Assembly: GCA_044451405.1 (NCBI GenBank)
Contig: JBIOKB010000011.1
Span: forward strand, 1-27,762
DNA length: 27,762 bases
Direction of reading: 5' to 3'
DNA from: Candidatus Babeliales bacterium
GTDB lineage: Bacteria > Babelota > Babeliae > Babelales > Vermiphilaceae
A program made the position numbers and the translations under genes. Positions 27,173-27,762 of this stretch are shown here, in pieces. The notes below the pieces were generated by a model. It did not search any database. It was not told where the DNA came from and saw only the letters and a program-made list of their open reading frames with translations. Position 1 is the stretch's first letter. Each line of letters opens with the position of its first letter.

Positions 27173-27200
27173 TTGACATTAGTTTCATGGAGTGTAGTTT
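27173..27200 (+). promoter_or_regulatory. Putative sigma70 promoter
   Basis: TTGACA-N16-TAGTTT upstream of ATG 27246. Confidence 0.35.
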
Positions 27201-27245
27201 TGTTAGTATAGGGGTATTTTAATACTTCATATATTTAGGGACAAA

Positions 27246-27563
27246 ATGAAGAAATTACTTATAGCGACTATGTTGATCATATCTACTCCGGTTTTAGCCG
27301 AGTTAGCGTTTTACCATAATGGGGTACCTTATTCAAGGGGTGCTGCAAGCAATGTAAATCAACAAGAATATCAATGGCTTTTCGGTTATTGCTTACAGCA
27401 TTTTTATCCTAGAGGATATGCTGAGTTAAGTGCGTATGAATTATCAGTAATTTTTCGCTATTTAAAAGGAATAGGAACTCCTGCTGCATTGCGATTAATT
27501 CATGATCTTGAAGAGATGATAAAAGAAGGAAGAAAAGACATGAAACGAATTGAAAAACTGTAA
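27246..27563 (+). CDS. Small secreted hypothetical protein
   Basis: AGGGA RBS; MKK signal peptide ending VLA. Confidence 0.7.
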   Translation: MKKLLIATMLIISTPVLAELAFYHNGVPYSRGAASNVNQQEYQWLFGYCLQHFYPRGYAELSAYELSVIFRYLKGIGTPAALRLIHDLEEMIKEGRKDMKRIEKL

Positions 27564-27642
27564 ATCTATTAAAAAAGATTATTAATCAGCGAGCTAATGC
27601 TTAGGCGCACTATTCATTAACCTTCATACTATTAGGGACAAA

Positions 27643-27762
27643 ATGAAGAAATTATTATTAGTTTTTCTTACGTATTCATGTGCACCAGTTATAGCACAAC
27701 AAGAAACATGGCCGGTAGTTTCAGCTGAAGAAGCGGAACTTGAATACATACGGCTAAAAATA
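27643..27762 (+). CDS. Secreted hypothetical protein (runs off the window end)
   Basis: AGGGA RBS; MKKLLLVFLTYSCAPVIAQQETWPVVSAEEAELEYIRLK, open to the end. Confidence 0.65.
   Translation, partial: MKKLLLVFLTYSCAPVIAQQETWPVVSAEEAELEYIRLKI

Noticed and set aside
2494-27200. Apparent preference for 16-bp promoter spacers (2494, 8866, 18694, 27173)
   Set aside because: Small hand-picked sample; other candidates have 17 bp (18450-18478) or 18 bp (20927-20956).
18548-27762. tRNA-Arg as attachment site of the replication module
   Set aside because: The tRNA 3' end points away from the module and I saw no duplicated tRNA 3' fragment in the window.

Overview
AT-rich, compact bacterial chromosome segment. 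The gene content suggests an intracellular Gram-negative such as Ca. Dependentiae/Babelota (TM6): many signal-peptide hypothetical proteins, ankyrin proteins and an isolated dnaA. That taxonomy is inference only. Bases 1-18.6 kb are mostly housekeeping or envelope genes: an FtsH-like AAA+ protein with a degenerate protease site, rpiB, a LolC/E-type permease, pgk, dnaA, an amidase/C39/NlpC-P60 hydrolase cluster, psd and tRNA-Arg(CCT), interleaved with secreted effector-like genes. From about 21.7 to 27.0 kb lies a satellite- or plasmid-like replication module with no integrase or structural genes in view. It comprises a putative winged-helix regulator, tandem repeats over a leaderless promoter, two small ORFs, a primase-associated helicase, a mirror-symmetric GTCCA/TGGAC iteron array around an AT-rich core (candidate origin), a Zn-ribbon/TOPRIM primase and a convergent Zn-ribbon gene. 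Other notable items are a 46-bp palindromic repeat family (one copy translated in-frame, a related copy fused to the tRNA 3' end), a diverged rpiB relic bracketing two Ank/F-box-like genes, a secreted kinase-like protein, and tandem secreted genes sharing a duplicated leader. All calls come from reading the sequence; no searches were run.
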